Part shown: positions 12,451 through 25,545 of the stretch, piece after piece
Numbering within the stretch: the first letter of the stretch is position 1
Layout: every line of letters starts with the position of its first letter
Assembly (NCBI GenBank): GCA_964016885.1
Contig: OZ024740.1
Location: 234,856,001-234,920,000 of the forward strand
DNA: 64,000 bases
Direction: 5' to 3'
DNA from: Eledone cirrhosa
Lineage: Eukaryota
Notes under the pieces: model-generated
The model's database searches: none
What the model was told of the DNA's origin: nothing
What the model saw: the letters and a program-made list of their open reading frames with translations, nothing else
Program-made: the position numbers and the translations under genes

Positions 12451-12554
12451 AACAACTACAAGAGAGGAAATAGATTATTCAGAGAACCAAACAGGAAAAC
12501 AAGACTAAGTAGTTTCCAATGGTAACTGTAATTAGGGATAAAGAGCAGTGGGTA

Positions 12555-12879
12555 ATGGTGGTGGTGGTGGTGGTGGTGGTGGTGGTGGCGGCAGTGGTGG
12601 CAGCAGCAGTGGCGGTGGCGGCAGCAGTGGTTGTGATGGTGGCAGTTTTGGTGGTAGCAGTGATGGTCATGGTGGTGGTGGTGGTGGTGGTGGTGGCGGC
12701 AGCAGCAGTGGTGGTGGTTGTGGTGGTGGTGGCGGCAGCAGCAGTGGTGGTGGTGGTGGTGGTGGCAGTGGTGGTTGTGGTGGTGGTGGTGGTGGCGGCA
12801 GTGGTGGTTGTGGTGGTGGTTGTGGTGGTGGTGGTGGTGGCGGCAGCAGCAGTGGTGGTGGTGGTGCTGGTGGTGGTGG

Positions 12880-12910
<31 letters not shown>

Positions 12911-13400
12911 GGTGGGTGTTGTTGGTGGTGGTGGTGGTGGCGGTGGTAGAGATACTGTTGTTAGTGTTAAGGTTGAGAGTAGTGTTATGGTAGAAGCAGT
13001 CGTAGGGGTTGTTGGTGTGGTGGTGGTGGGTGTTGTATTGGTATAGGTAGTACTGTTGTTGTTGCTGCTGCTGTTGTTGGTGATGGTGGTGTTGTTATTG
13101 CTGCTACTGGTGATGGTGGTGGTGTTGATGGTGATGATACAGATGTTTTTGGTGGTTGTAACAGTGATGATGGTGACTATGTTTCTGGTGTTAATGCTAG
13201 ATGTGATTTTATTGTTGTTGTTGTTGTGGTTGGATTAAGGTGACGTTGATGATGATAATGGTGATGGTTTTATTTTTGTTGTGATTGTAGTGATAATGTT
13301 GTTGTTGGTGGTAGTGATGGAGGGTAAACTGGTGGGGGGTTGATGGTTGTAATGTAGATGGTGTTGTTGTTGAAATACATGTGATAGTGCTGTTATTAGT
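12555..13400. repeat. (GGT)n/(GTT)n trinucleotide low-complexity region
   Basis: Direct inspection; poly-V/G/W ORFs in all three frames. Confidence 0.95.
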
Positions 13401-13499
13401 GGTGGAGATGTTGTTATTGTTTGTGTTGTATAGCCCCTTGTTAACCCTGTTCGAATAATAATCTTAGAGCATGGAGGTAGTCAGCTGAATAATGAAGTC

Positions 13500-13910
13500 A
13501 TCATCATCACCATCATCATAGTTTAACAGCCATTTTCCAAACTAGCATGGGTTAGACGAGTTGTCCCATTGTGAGACAAGCCAGATCAGATGACTAGAAC
13601 TGGTAGCTACAGCTGAATGCCCTTCCTAATGCCAACCCCATTTACAACATGGACTGGGTGCCTTTTATTGTGTCACCAACACAAACGCTTCACAGGATGA
13701 CTGGGTGTTTTCTGTCGTGTCAGCAATGCAACCACTTTACAGGGTGGACTGGGTGTTTTCTGTCATGTCAGCAATGCAACCACTTTACAGGGTGGACTGG
13801 GTGCTTTTTTGTCGTGCCAGCAATGCAACCACTTTACAGAGTGGACTGGGTGCTTTTTTGTCGTGTCAGCAATGCAACCACTTTACAGGGTGGACTGGGT
13901 GCTTTTTGGA
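13500..13910 (-). mobile_element. Short repeat element containing a ~41-bp internal tandem array
   Basis: cagcaatgcaaccactttacagggtggactgggtg repeated about 5-6 times; (CAT)n at 13500. Confidence 0.7.
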
Positions 13911-14069
13911 GTGCATCTCATGAATCCAGTTATAACATATCTTCATCTAGTTGAAAATCATACTACACAGTCCTGGTTTAGATTAGTGAGGGGTTTGTAG
14001 CAAATACCATAAAGGGGTCCTAAATTTTACAAAAGTTAAAGACAGTATTAATTAAAATCTGTTAAATGC

Positions 14070-14675
14070 TAAAGGCTCATCAGGCCAGTGCTCCTTCCCA
14101 GTTTCCTTGGCGTTAAGTGACTGAGAGAACAAGACTCTCCCTGGACAGGATGCCAGTCTTTCACAATATTAACTCCCCAGCTACTGCTGATACACACCCT
14201 CAGCTGAGTGTACTGAAACAACATGAAATAAAGTGTTTTTCTCAAGAACACAATGCAGCATCCTGTACAGGAATCGAACCAATGACATTACGATCATAAA
14301 TCAATAATTCTAACCATTAGGTATGCGGCTAATGGTTAGGATGTTTGACGTACCTCCAGTCCAAAAGCCATATGGTAATTTCAGAAATCTTTGTACCTGT
14401 TCACTCAGAGGGTCCTTCCTTTGCAAGCCGTAATATATCTAACATCTATAATACTTTATTGAAAGAAATTACTCAGGTCTCGCTACAGGATGCCAGTCTA
14501 TCGCAGGATTAACTCTCCAGCTACTGCCAGTACTCACTCTAAGATGAGTATATTGGAGAAATATGAAATAAAACATTTTGCTCAAGAACACAACGCAGCA
14601 TCCTATCCAGGAATGAAACCAATGACATTATGGCCATACGTCAATCAGCCAAACTCTGAGGTCATGCGACTTCAC
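14070..14675 (-). mobile_element. Two copies of the second SINE family
   Basis: gaaataaagtgtttttctcaagaacacaatgc...ggaatcgaacc (reverse B-box) seen twice. Confidence 0.65.
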
Positions 14676-14997
14676 AAAGGCAGTATCACAGGGCCCCTGA
14701 AAATGCAGGATCTGGAGAAAATGCTACTAGGTTAATGTGGCACTGGTAATGCACACTCTAACATGCCGTGAATAATTGATATGAGATGCAGTGTGACATA
14801 TTCACACTTTCCACTAATCCAGTCTATTTCTATACATTCATAGATTTTGGTAATGATCACAGTAAAGTAAGGCAAGGCAGACTCAGTCATTGCACAACAG
14901 TTGCTGCTTCTTAGCATCTATTGATGGTGGTTTGCCTCACAGAATGGTGTTTGGGACGAATGAGGCTATGGATGTTGCAATTATTTCCATTATTTTG

Positions 14998-15195
14998 GGC
15001 AGTGGATTGGCAGAATCAGTAGAGCGTCAGACAATATGCTTTGTAGCATATAGTTATGATCTGTTGAGGTTAGCTTTACCTTTCGTCCTTACATACAGAG
15101 TCAATAAAATAAAGTACCAGTAATGCACTGGAAATGATTTAATCGACTTTCCCCTACCACAAAATTGTTGACCTTGTGTCTGTAAAAGAAATAGT
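14998..15195 (+). mobile_element. tRNA-derived SINE
   Basis: ggcagtggattggcagaatcagtagagcgtcagac head followed by the family core. Confidence 0.75.
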
Positions 15196-17026
15196 AATTT
15201 TAGGATGTTGTAATTATTGTTTTTGTCTAACACCAGGTAAGTCCTAATCGAGCCAACTGATCTTTGATTAAAGGCATTCCAGCCATGACCATCCAGTCTG
15301 TTTTTTAGGCATAGTACATCCTGGTCTACAATATCCAATATGTCATTACTTTTTAAGATGATAGGATGTGATATGAGGGAGAAGATTTGACTATCATTCC
15401 TAGCAGGTCAAGCAATTTTATAGAGACTTCCTCGTTGGCTCATGTTGTAATGGTCTTTGGTGTTTTTTACATGTCTGGGTGTATGGAGGTGGTTTTCACA
15501 TAGTAATGGGGATTATGGCAGCTAAACCATACTATGGCCACAAATTCTGCACATTGCATGTTCAGGTGGTCTTTTATTTTTAATATTTTTGTTTTATTGT
15601 GTAGGTGACCTGTAGGTATGTTTTGTATATAGCCTGTTATTAGGCAGTGAATTGTCAGAGTCATTAGGATGTCGGATAGAATACTTTATGGTATTCGTCC
15701 CACTTCATTGTGTGCTGAATTCAAATCCCGCCAGGGTCAACTTTGCCTTTCATCTTTTCGAGGTCGATAAAAAAAAACCAATCCAGTACTGGATTTGATT
15801 CTTCCTCTATAGAAAAAAATGACTGTGTTCAGACCTGGAGGGGGTTGGGCTCTGCCAGGTTTAAAAGTGCCCTAGACACGCCGTATGATAGTGCCTCTAC
15901 GACTCAAAACGGAGTTACGGGATCTTTATCCTTATCCTATCCTGTTGTTATGGGTAATGTACTGTTTTTTGGGGGTCTTTGTAGTTTATTGAACTGTCAT
16001 AATCCTTGAAGGATCTAATATATTGTTTGTACACTAATGTTGTACTTATTTTCTGTTGATCAAATGTAATACCTGTGATTACTCAAAAGTAATTTTGTGA
16101 GGAGAAAGCCTCTTCTCAGTGTCTCCTTCTGCAAAGAATGGCATCCAAATTTTCCACAAATTCCACCAACCTACCATCTTCAAATTGTTAAATATTTAGG
16201 ATAAACTTATACCAGATATAATATGCAAGGAAAGGAAACAAAGTCATCATGGGTAAATACTGCCCTACCATCTTCAAAATGGTTAAACTTTCAGGATAAA
16301 CTTATACCAGATATACCAGGAAAGGCAACAAGGTCATCAATGCACAGTTTCTTTCTGTTGACCAAATGTAGTGACTGGGGTTGCTTTAAGTATGTTTGTT
16401 TTCTTTACAATATTTTGATTTCTTTACAATTTCTTCTATTTATACTGTGGGCGTTAAGAAGGTGTTGTATGTATTTCCTAGATCTTATCTCCTCTCTGTG
16501 GTATGTTTATGTTGTTGCCTATGGTGATTGGTAGTATTTAATGTTCCCTAGTCTTGCTGATATGAAGTGAGATAGTAAATTCACTAGGTGCTACCTAGAG
16601 GCCTTCTTGTTGGCTCATGTTGTTTATGTGCTAGGAGGTTTGGAGGGACATTTGGCGGCAAAGACAGAGTTGGCAAGTTTGTTGTTATGGAGCCAGGTTT
16701 CCAGGAAATCTAAGTACTGTTGGGGTATGTGCAGCAATGTCTGCAGAATAATGGAATAGTGTAAGCATGATATCATGTGTATGGCGTTGACTGTATTCTA
16801 TTCTTGACCAGTGACCAACCTGTCTTTCTTATATATCTTGTACTACATTGTCAAATAAGTTAATCCATTTTTTTTTTAATGGTAGAGTAATATTTGGCTA
16901 TTGTTTCAAGCAGGCTGAATGACCATATAGAGATTTCCCCATTATGTTGCTGCTACTGTTATTGAGAGGCCTTGATTAGTCCTAGTTTCACTGACTTTTT
17001 GCATAGAGGCAGTTGATCAAATATTA

Positions 17027-17241
17027 ACCCTTTAAACCGGCCATATCCGGCCAGAATTCTCTCACCTCTTTCTGTTCAAACCAGCATAACCGGCCGCTCA
17101 TACTAATGTTAAGGTATTGTTCTCAAAATAAATAATATCACAATCTCATAGATTCTATATTATTTGAGATAATTATGTGAGGTAAAGCCTTTACCAATAA
17201 AATGTAATAGCAAATATAGAGTAATATAAATGTTAAAGGGT
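17027..17241. mobile_element. Uninterrupted piggyBac-type MITE
   Basis: ttaa|cccttta...taaaggg|ttca; colinear with 3687-3871 plus 4701-4732. Confidence 0.75.
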
Positions 17242-17591
17242 TCAACAGAATACTGGTATTACATTTGATCAAAAGAAAGTAAGAATAACATTAGTGTAAA
17301 AACAACAGTAAGTTTATATGCTGTATACTATACTGTTTTGTGGTTGGCTGGGTGTGTGGTAGGAGGGAAGGGCAGATTGATAATCTGAACATGTGTGGGC
17401 TATTTTGTAGTTGTTAATAGATAAACCCAGATGAAAACTCATAACACAGTAAATTAAAAATATAGAACTGATTGTTCACTGTTATATCTAAGTGCAAATA
17501 TGTGCATTCTTCTTTCTCCAGGTAACTTGTTTCTAAACACACACACACACACACACACATATACACTCCTATGCAGATAATACTACTCTTC

Positions 17592-17664
17592 CTTTCCATA
17601 GCTCAGTGGTTAGAGCACTGGTCTTGTATACCAGGGGTTGTGAGTTCAATTCTCACTGGGGGCT
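17592..17664 (+). tRNA. tRNA-Thr(UGU)-like gene, probably pseudogenised
   Basis: D arm gctc-agtggtta-gagc, anticodon arm ctggt-cttgtat-accag, T arm gtgag-ttcaatt-ctcac; acceptor stem weakened (C.C mismatch and three G.U pairs). Confidence 0.75.
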
Positions 17665-19189
17665 TTGATAATTTGTTTATGACACAGAACCGAGACCTCT
17701 GGCTTTACGCAGTAATACAGAAGACATGACTTCCCACGGGTACAAGTCGAAGCTGAAGCATATAGACAGTAAGCCCCAGCCCCTCCCACTGTAAAGGGGT
17801 CATGTAGGTGTCATGACAAAAGTCACCCAGTCCACACTGCAAAGTGGTCGTGTAGGCGCCATGGTAAAAAAGCACCCAGTACCCACTGTAAATGAGGTTG
17901 GTGTTAGGAAGGGCATCCAGCTGTAGAAATCAAGCCAAAATCAGTTCCTGTATGGTCACCTGACCTGGCATTGCCCACAACAGGACAACCCGTCTAACCC
18001 ATGCTAGCGTGGAAGAATGGACGTAAAACGGTGATGATGTGGTGGCGGTGGTGGTGGTGGTAGTGGTAGTGGTAGTGGTAGTGGTGGTGATGACAATATC
18101 GGTCTAGTTGGCATTTTCATTTGTAGAATTGGTAATCTTACCAAGAATCTTCCAGAACCAATAATGAAACACTGATATTGATCAATACAGGACATTTCAA
18201 CAGACTTGCCATCTCTATTTCTCTCAATATTCTGTCTTCAGTTTAATGTCCACCTCACATCTGCTTACAAATTATATTTTTGGCACACAATGTCAAATAT
18301 TGAGATAAAACACCAAAGAATTAGTTTCCAATAGATTATTGGATTTTTGAAAAGAAGTTGGTAATCATTAGATCGATGTCAGCTGTCATAAGACAAACTG
18401 CGTTCTGTTTTGGATTTTTATTTAAAAGAAAAAGAGCAGTGCCCATAGCTTTTGCAATTCTTCTTATATGGGTGAAATTGAAGTGATTGACACCCAGCTT
18501 CAACCTCTGTAGGTTCTGTACGAGCAAGACACGGTCTCCCAACCAATCCCACATCAAGTGGAACAAAACCGTCTAACCCATGCTAGCATGGAAGATGGAC
18601 GTTAAATGATGTCTACAGGAAAAACATAGGGAGAAATAGTGCTGCCAAAGGCTTTTGGTTCTGGGAAGAAAATTTGAAAAATGATTTGACAATCAACTGA
18701 ATGCAGTTACTTACACCTCACTTCTCAACTCATACTCTGCCAGTTGTAGCTATTCAACAACATCATAACATATTTCTTGACAATCTCCAAATTAGAATGG
18801 TATTTTCTTAATCTTTTGTTTTGATAACGTTTCATTTCTCTGCTATACCCTGCAGTTTTCATTGTGTTCAGTTGCAAAGAAAGTTCTCTCAGATTTAGAA
18901 CAAACAGGCTGGCGGTTCTATTTCCTTAATAATTAATCATTATGCTAAAGCAGAGGTTCTCAAACTTTTGGGCCACCACCCCCTTCATGGCCACATAATA
19001 CCTTCAGCGACCCCCCCCCCCCCCCCACCACCACCACCACCATATTTCCAGAGAGACCTGCCTACACACAAATTGTGAATAATATATAATAAATAAAATC
19101 GTTAAATTATATATAGTAAATAATATAATATATATTATGTGTAAATAAATATTATCTATTTTTTTATTTTACTATATTTATATATAATA

Positions 19190-20277
19190 CTAGCAGCAGT
19201 ACCCAGCGTTGCCTGGGTAGGTAAAATAATATCTGCTTTGATGAAAAGGTGTTGATCTTAGTGACTGCGAGTTTCTTGAAAATCGGTCATAAGGTGTAGC
19301 AAATGGCGAAATGTTGAGTGAAATCGTATTGAATATGTGGGAGGTGGAAAAAATCGTATTTTGAAGAGTTAAACGGCTGCCACGCCGTCCCTGAATAAAA
19401 AATGCGAAGTGTAAAGCTACTATAAGATGTGCAATGATAGGTTCTATCGTAGTATAAAAGTTGAACCAAATAAATTGATTTATATGTGAGGTGGAGCCGA
19501 AGTTTCGAATTTGAATGAAATCGGTTGAAAAATGTGGGAGCTAATGATAGGTCGCCGTCCCTGAACAAAAAATTCAAAGTGTAAAGATACTATAAGATGT
19601 GCAATGATAGGTTCTATCGTAGTATAAAAGTTGAACCAAATAAATTGATTTATGTGTGAGGTGAAGCCAAAGTTTCGAATTTGAACGAAATCTGTTGGAA
19701 AATGTGGGAGCTAGAGCCGAAAAGGCGGTATTTTCGAATATTTAAGCGGCTGCCACACCGTTCCTTAACAAAAAAATCCAAAATGTAAAGCCACTTTAAG
19801 ACGTGAAATAATCAGATCTAGCGTAGTGTAAAATTTGAACAAAGTAGGTTGATTAATGTGGGAGCTAGAGCCGAAAAAGTGGAAATTTGAGTCTAAAAGT
19901 GGTATGTTTGAATATTTAAGCGGCTGCCATGCCGTTGCTGGACAACAAATGCAAAATATAAAGCCATTACAGCATGTGCAATGATAAATTCTATTTTGCT
20001 TTAAAATTTGAACGAAATCGGTGCCAAAATGTGGGAGCTAGAGCCAAAAATCTTATTTTTCGATACCTAAAAAAAGGTGACCCCCCTATCGATTTTTATC
20101 TGCAGAATGACCTAGGACTAAAAAAACAAACAATACGCTGATATATGGAAAATACTCCCGATGACTAATCTATGAGCCTGTAAAGTTTCATGAAAATCGG
20201 TCGTAAGATGTAGGCCCCTATAGATAATACACAGACACACAGACACACACACATACTTAATTTTATATATATACAGA
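19190..20277 (-). mobile_element. Non-autonomous Helitron with internal ~170-200-bp tandem repeats
   Basis: Minus strand: A|TC start at 20277, subterminal hairpin acccaggcaacgctgggt, CTAG|T end at 19190; about four internal repeats. Confidence 0.8.
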
Positions 20278-20940
20278 TGTATCAATTGATATTTAATATA
20301 CTATTATATCATCTATACTGCTCCCGGCCCCTTAGGTCCCAGGGCCCCCTGGACCTTCTCAACTCACAAAGCATGAGTTGACTCATGGTTATGGTAAATG
20401 AAACTTGCCCAAGATGCTACACAGTGGGAGCCGTAAAAAATATTACGTGGTCTTTTGTCTGACACCTATCTGATTTGAATAAGAAGAATGGTTTCTAATC
20501 TAGACTCATGTCTAACAATTTGGAGGGAGAGAAAAGTCGATTGAATTTACCCCAATACCTAACTGTTGGTAGCCAAAGGCAAACTTGATTTAATTGATCT
20601 TTGATCAAAGCCTTTCCAACTGTAACCATCTTGTCTTTTTCCTAGTTGTAATCTAGACACGTGTCTAACAATTTGGAAGGAGAGAAAGGTCGATTAAATC
20701 GACCCAATACCTCACTGGTACTTTACTTTATTGACCCCCCTCCCCCAGGAGGTTGACAAGTAAAGCTGGCTTCAGCAAGACTTGAGCTTAGAACACAGAG
20801 AGCCAGAAGAAATACTGCAAAGAATTGTATCTGACGCTCTAGTGACTCTGCCAATTCGAATAATTACAGTAATAACTGTAGCTTAGCATGCACAAGACAG
20901 TCGTGCTTATAAAACAAATGTAGTAACTAACAGCATTTAC

Positions 20941-21349
20941 CTTTCATATATATTATGTTGGACTCATGTTCTGTTAACTTCCGTCTTTCATCTCGTAGTT
21001 TATAAGTTGTCTTGGTACATTTATTACGACACGGACGACCAGTACAACAGCAACGGCAACGGCAGTGTTTGCACGAACTTAGCAGCAACAATTCTGTCGT
21101 TCGAATGCAATAGAATAAAAGTAAAGCTAATCCTAACAGAACGATCACAATTAGGATTAAGACTGGTATTATCCATATCAGATCAAGATTTGTAATCAAC
21201 TCTTTCTGATTCGTTGTTGTTATGTTAGTTCTTGGGATTAAAGTCTGTGAGACATTGACATTAGCCTGAAGCCAAGCAATTGACGTGTTGCTCACAGAAG
21301 TACGATTGACTGTCATCAGGTGAAGAGTTACAATGTTTTCTGAACCCAT
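20941..21349 (-). CDS. First coding exon of a single-pass (type III-like) membrane protein with a Cys-rich juxtamembrane region; the rest of the gene was not located
   Basis: Acceptor tttctgcAG at 21433-21432; in-frame stop upstream of ATG 21349; donor AAG|GTAAAT at 20940; N-x-S/T sequons NRT, NTS, NVS, NIT; TM IWIIPVLILIVIVLLGLALLLFYCI; then CKHCRCRCCC and basic residues. Confidence 0.7.
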
Positions 21350-22491
21350 GAGTAAACTTGGCTGTGTATTCCGTCGGGTAAAATGATGCCAAGTGTGAAA
21401 GGTTTATTCACTTAGTTTGTGGTTGGTGAACCTGCAGAAACGAAATAAAGCAGAACATAGCAAGTAAATTCAGCTATTCATGGTATAATGTACAGTATTG
21501 TATATCATATAGTTGACAGTCTTCAGGAAAATGTTCGTTTAACAAAGAGCTTTCCAAACGTTTCATACATGCAACAGGCTTTTTAAAAAAGTGGGTGGTG
21601 ATATGTTTTGTTAACAACACGCAATTGAAATAAATAAATATACATTTAAATATACTGTGTCACTAGTTACATGTTGGACACCCTGTTGTCAGTCCTCAAA
21701 TATATACTACACTGTCAGATATTCCAAAAATTGATTTAATGTCGTAACACACCTAGAAATTATCAGAAACGCACATAAAATACATGGCTGTTTACATTAA
21801 GCATAAAATAGGTGGTTGTTTACATTCCATCAAAATAGTGGAAGAAGAAAGTATAGAGGGACTGTCTCTTCCTCACTAAGTTTTTGTCAACTACTGATTA
21901 ATCAGAAAAATAATTATCTAAAATTATCTATAATTATCAAATATTGTTCTAATTGCCTATTTGCCCTACCTCTATTTAAGTTACCATTCCCTACCTTCAC
22001 ATACCACCATAACTTCATTGCATACCACCGTAATTTACGGTGATTGTATAGTAGACCATCGGATGGATTGTACCTGTACTTTAAAGGTCCAGCCTTGTTA
22101 CACAATGTCAAGGTGTTTCAACCTGGGAATTACGGTACGTTAAATACGAATATCTCAGTAATATACTCAGATGATGACAGGCTGATTCAATGGACAGCTG
22201 CATACTCATCATCGAAACTGACGGAGATCCATTTACCCTTAGTGTCTGCCTTTCATCCACTGTCCAATCACATGTTCATATCACTGTTTCCACACAATAC
22301 GACCACCAGGAGCAACAAATCAGATTTGATATTTCCCCCTTCCTAGGTGCTAAACCCACACAGCAATCAAAGCTGAGTCCCACCATAAACACTGACTAAA
22401 CTGCTGACTAACCCAACAGACAGTCTGTTTCTGGTTTACCAGACTGAACTACAAATAACATACTAATATTTTTATTATTACTAATACAAGG

Positions 22492-23170
22492 AGGGTGGTG
22501 GATTGGCAGTATCGATAGAACGTCGTACGACATGCTTTACGGCATAGAGTTACTACTCTTTATGATCTGAATTCAAATCCCGCCGAAGTTAACTTTGCCT
22601 TTCTTCCTTAAGGGGTCGATAAAATAAAGTACCGGTAATGCACTGGGATCGATTTAATCAACTTTCCCCCTCCCCAAATTGTTGGTCTTGTGCCTAAATC
22701 AGAAACCGGTAGAACGTGGGACATGTTTTGCAGCATACAGCTACGACCCTTTACGGTCTGAGTTCAAATCGTGCCGAGGTTAATTTTGCCTTTCATCCTT
22801 ATGGGGTCGATAAAAAAAGTACCAGTAATGCACTGGGATAATTGCTGGCCTTGTGCCAAAAGTAGAAACACTTATTAGTACAAGGGCAACGGATTGACAA
22901 CAGAGTCATGAGAACGTTTGGAAAATGTTCTGAGTTATTTGTTGTAGCACTTTATGTCCTGAGTTCAAATCCCGTCGAGGTCATCTTTGCCTTTCTTCCT
23001 TGCAGGGTCGATAAAATAAAGTATCAGTAAAGTACTGGGATCGATACAATCAACTTTCCCCTCCATATAAACTCCCGGCCTTGTGCCTAAATTAGAAACC
23101 ATTGTTACTAGTACATGAGAGGGCAATGACTTGGCAGTATTGATAGTGTCGGATAAAGTACTTTGTGGTA
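22492..23170 (+). mobile_element. Head-to-tail cluster of three tRNA-derived SINEs plus a fourth head fragment
   Basis: Three repeats of B-box gagttcaaatccc, core ggggtcgataaaataaagtacc and 3' end ccttgtgcctaaa..agaaac. Confidence 0.85.
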
Positions 23171-23299
23171 TTTAATTATTCAGAATGCTAAGGATAGAAT
23201 ATAAAAAAGAAAATAGATTGGAAGTAAAAAAAGAAAACGAGGGAAAAGAAGAAAAAAAAACCCTGTTAGTCAGCCATCTCGGATATATATATATTGATA

Positions 23300-23775
23300 C
23301 AGTGTACCCCCGGTATTCGCGGTTCCGGTTATTCGCGGAGTTTTCCTAAGAACCTACCTTATTTCACGGCGTCGAAGACACTACTTTTTTTCCTAAAATA
23401 AGTTTTAAAAATCTACCATGCGTCCTGGAGGCCGAAGGTTGTTTATTATTTTTTTTTTCAAATTTTTGGTTGTCAAATTTAGGGTGCGTCCTCGAGGACG
23501 AAACGTCTTCGGCGCCGGGAAATAATTGCTCATGGAAGCCACCAGCCACCACATATTTGCGGAATCGTAAATATCTTCCACGATTTTTTATAGCTTTTTC
23601 GTGGCAATATATATTTTTAACGCTAAATTATTAATAACAATATACTGTATTTGCCGACCTATTGGACGGTCCTTCTTTTTTTTATTATATTTTATTGTTA
23701 TATTTTGACGTTTATAGGCATTTTATGGACCACGTCCAACATTCGAATGTAATCCCCGCGAATACCAAGGGACAA

Positions 23776-23778
<3 letters not shown>
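23300..23778. mobile_element. Tigger/pogo-like MITE with a possible nested MITE (~23360-23525)
   Basis: TA|cagtgtacccccggtattcgcgg ... ccgcgaataccaagggacaactg|TA; inner IR tatttcacggcgtcgaagac / gtcttcggcgccgggaaata. Confidence 0.7.
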
Positions 23779-23819
<41 letters not shown>

Positions 23820-24769
23820 TCAGGTTATCAATAATGTAGTGATAATATATCGTTACGTTAGAGATGAACAGCGTACGTGCAGGTTAGCTCAACGAGTATA
23901 AATTATATTCCGGAGAAAATGTAGAAAGGATGAATATAAAATGAAAGTGCTTTTTTTTTAAAGGAATTTATTAGGTATTGACATATGTTTCTGTAACAGA
24001 CGGAATACCTATGTATCGCTGCTTGCGTAATCATATAATGTTAGCAAGTATTCGATAGCAAATGTATAATCAGTTGTCACTTCTTCAGAGATTTTGGATA
24101 AATTGGATAAAATCAGAAAAATTGAAGTATTTATATTAGTAATAGAGGAAGAAAAAGAGGGGATAGTATATGACAGATGGTAAATCAATTTACTGCTATA
24201 TATATATATATATATATCAAAGTGAATTTAAGTGAATATATATATATCAAAGTGAATATATATATATATCAAAGAGAATTTAATCTAAATCTAAATGATT
24301 TAGATTAAATTCACTTTGATTTATCTTAATTTTGGATATAGATATATAAATACGGCTCCTTAATTGTAGAGCTAACTCTGTTGAAAGGACTTGACTGTTT
24401 CTAGTTGTCGATAACCCTATTCACGCCACTGGGACGAAGCTGGTGTGATGTGTGTATTTTTAGTAGATACAACACGTGTTACTGGCCAGTCGCTGATTTG
24501 AACTTAATGCGTAAACACAGATGGCTGGACTTCTTCCTTGTTGAAAATCCAAGTATCGGCCTCCGTGGTTTACCATTCGATTAATTGGTGAAATATATTT
24601 CTTTAATGGAATATATACAGGGAAGATTAATCGTATTATAAGGTATCTATTTTTGAAGTTCTAGTTAACTTTATTTAGTTACCTACCTAGCTATGTGTGG
24701 TTACACACTTGTAAACATTATCTCCTGTGATTATTCATGTTTATTTATATGTTAATCAATTTCTAGTTG

Positions 24770-24810
<41 letters not shown>

Positions 24811-24814
<4 letters not shown>

Positions 24815-25342
24815 CAAAAGCATTTGGTGCGTGTATTTCTTTTTATTGGCAATACTGGCGACATGACCATCTCCAAATATAATATCTGTTTCAACACACA
24901 ATTTCACATCAAGAATCTTGCAAAACAAATATATACATATTGAAACCGATATTGTTATATTTGGAGATGGCCATGTTGCCAGTATTGCCAATAGAAAGAA
25001 ACACACGCACCATATGATTTTTATTCATTAGTTCGTCAAAGTTCTTTCGTCACATATTCTGTGACCTCCTCAATGATTATATGTTCTCTTTTGTCCCTCC
25101 TCTTCTTTCTTATCTTACACTTCTACTCCATCGTGTCTTTTGTTGACATCGTGTCTTTTGTAGAAATTTAAGAAGAGGGGCCAGAAAAGAGAACAGATAA
25201 TTATTGAGGAGCCCACAGAATGTGTGACGAAAGAACTTTGACGAACTAATGAATAATGAGCAATAAAAATAAAGTGAAATTCATATGGTGGGTGTGTTTC
25301 TTTTGATTGGCAATACTGGCAACATGACGATCCAAAATATAA

Positions 25343-25344
<2 letters not shown>
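24811..25344. repeat. Compound inverted repeat (A' A B B' A') between (TA)n and (TG)n
   Basis: ttggcaatactggc..catga segment present three times in alternating orientation; cattagttcgtcaaagttctttcgtcaca mirrored at 25222-25253. Confidence 0.85.
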
Positions 25345-25424
<80 letters not shown>

Positions 25425-25504
25425 AAAAGGTAAACAAAAATAACAAAGCAAACAACACAGTACAATGAAGCAATATATTAGTTATACGCTTGATATAGTA
25501 GGAA

Positions 25505-25545
25505 AAGCGTCAACGTTTCGGACGTTGGTCTTTCATCAGAAAATA
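25505..25545 (-). ncRNA. Minimal hammerhead-like motif
   Basis: CTGATGA-AA-GAC-CAAC-GTC-C-GAAA-CG-TT with palindromic AACGTT; stem I is weak. Confidence 0.55.

Noticed and set aside
11415-12455. 346-aa His/Thr-rich ORF and the similar long ORFs at 38810-45532
   Set aside because: Translations of (CA)n/(TACA)n microsatellites, open in multiple frames
13640-13910. CRISPR-like regular repeat
   Set aside because: Tandem minisatellite inside a dispersed repeat; no spacers and no cas genes
14068-14090. CTGATGAG on the minus strand
   Set aside because: Part of a SINE 3' end; no downstream stem II or GAAA
18097-18567. Coding-like minus-strand segment
   Set aside because: Stops in the frames examined and flanked by repeat fragments; cannot be assigned
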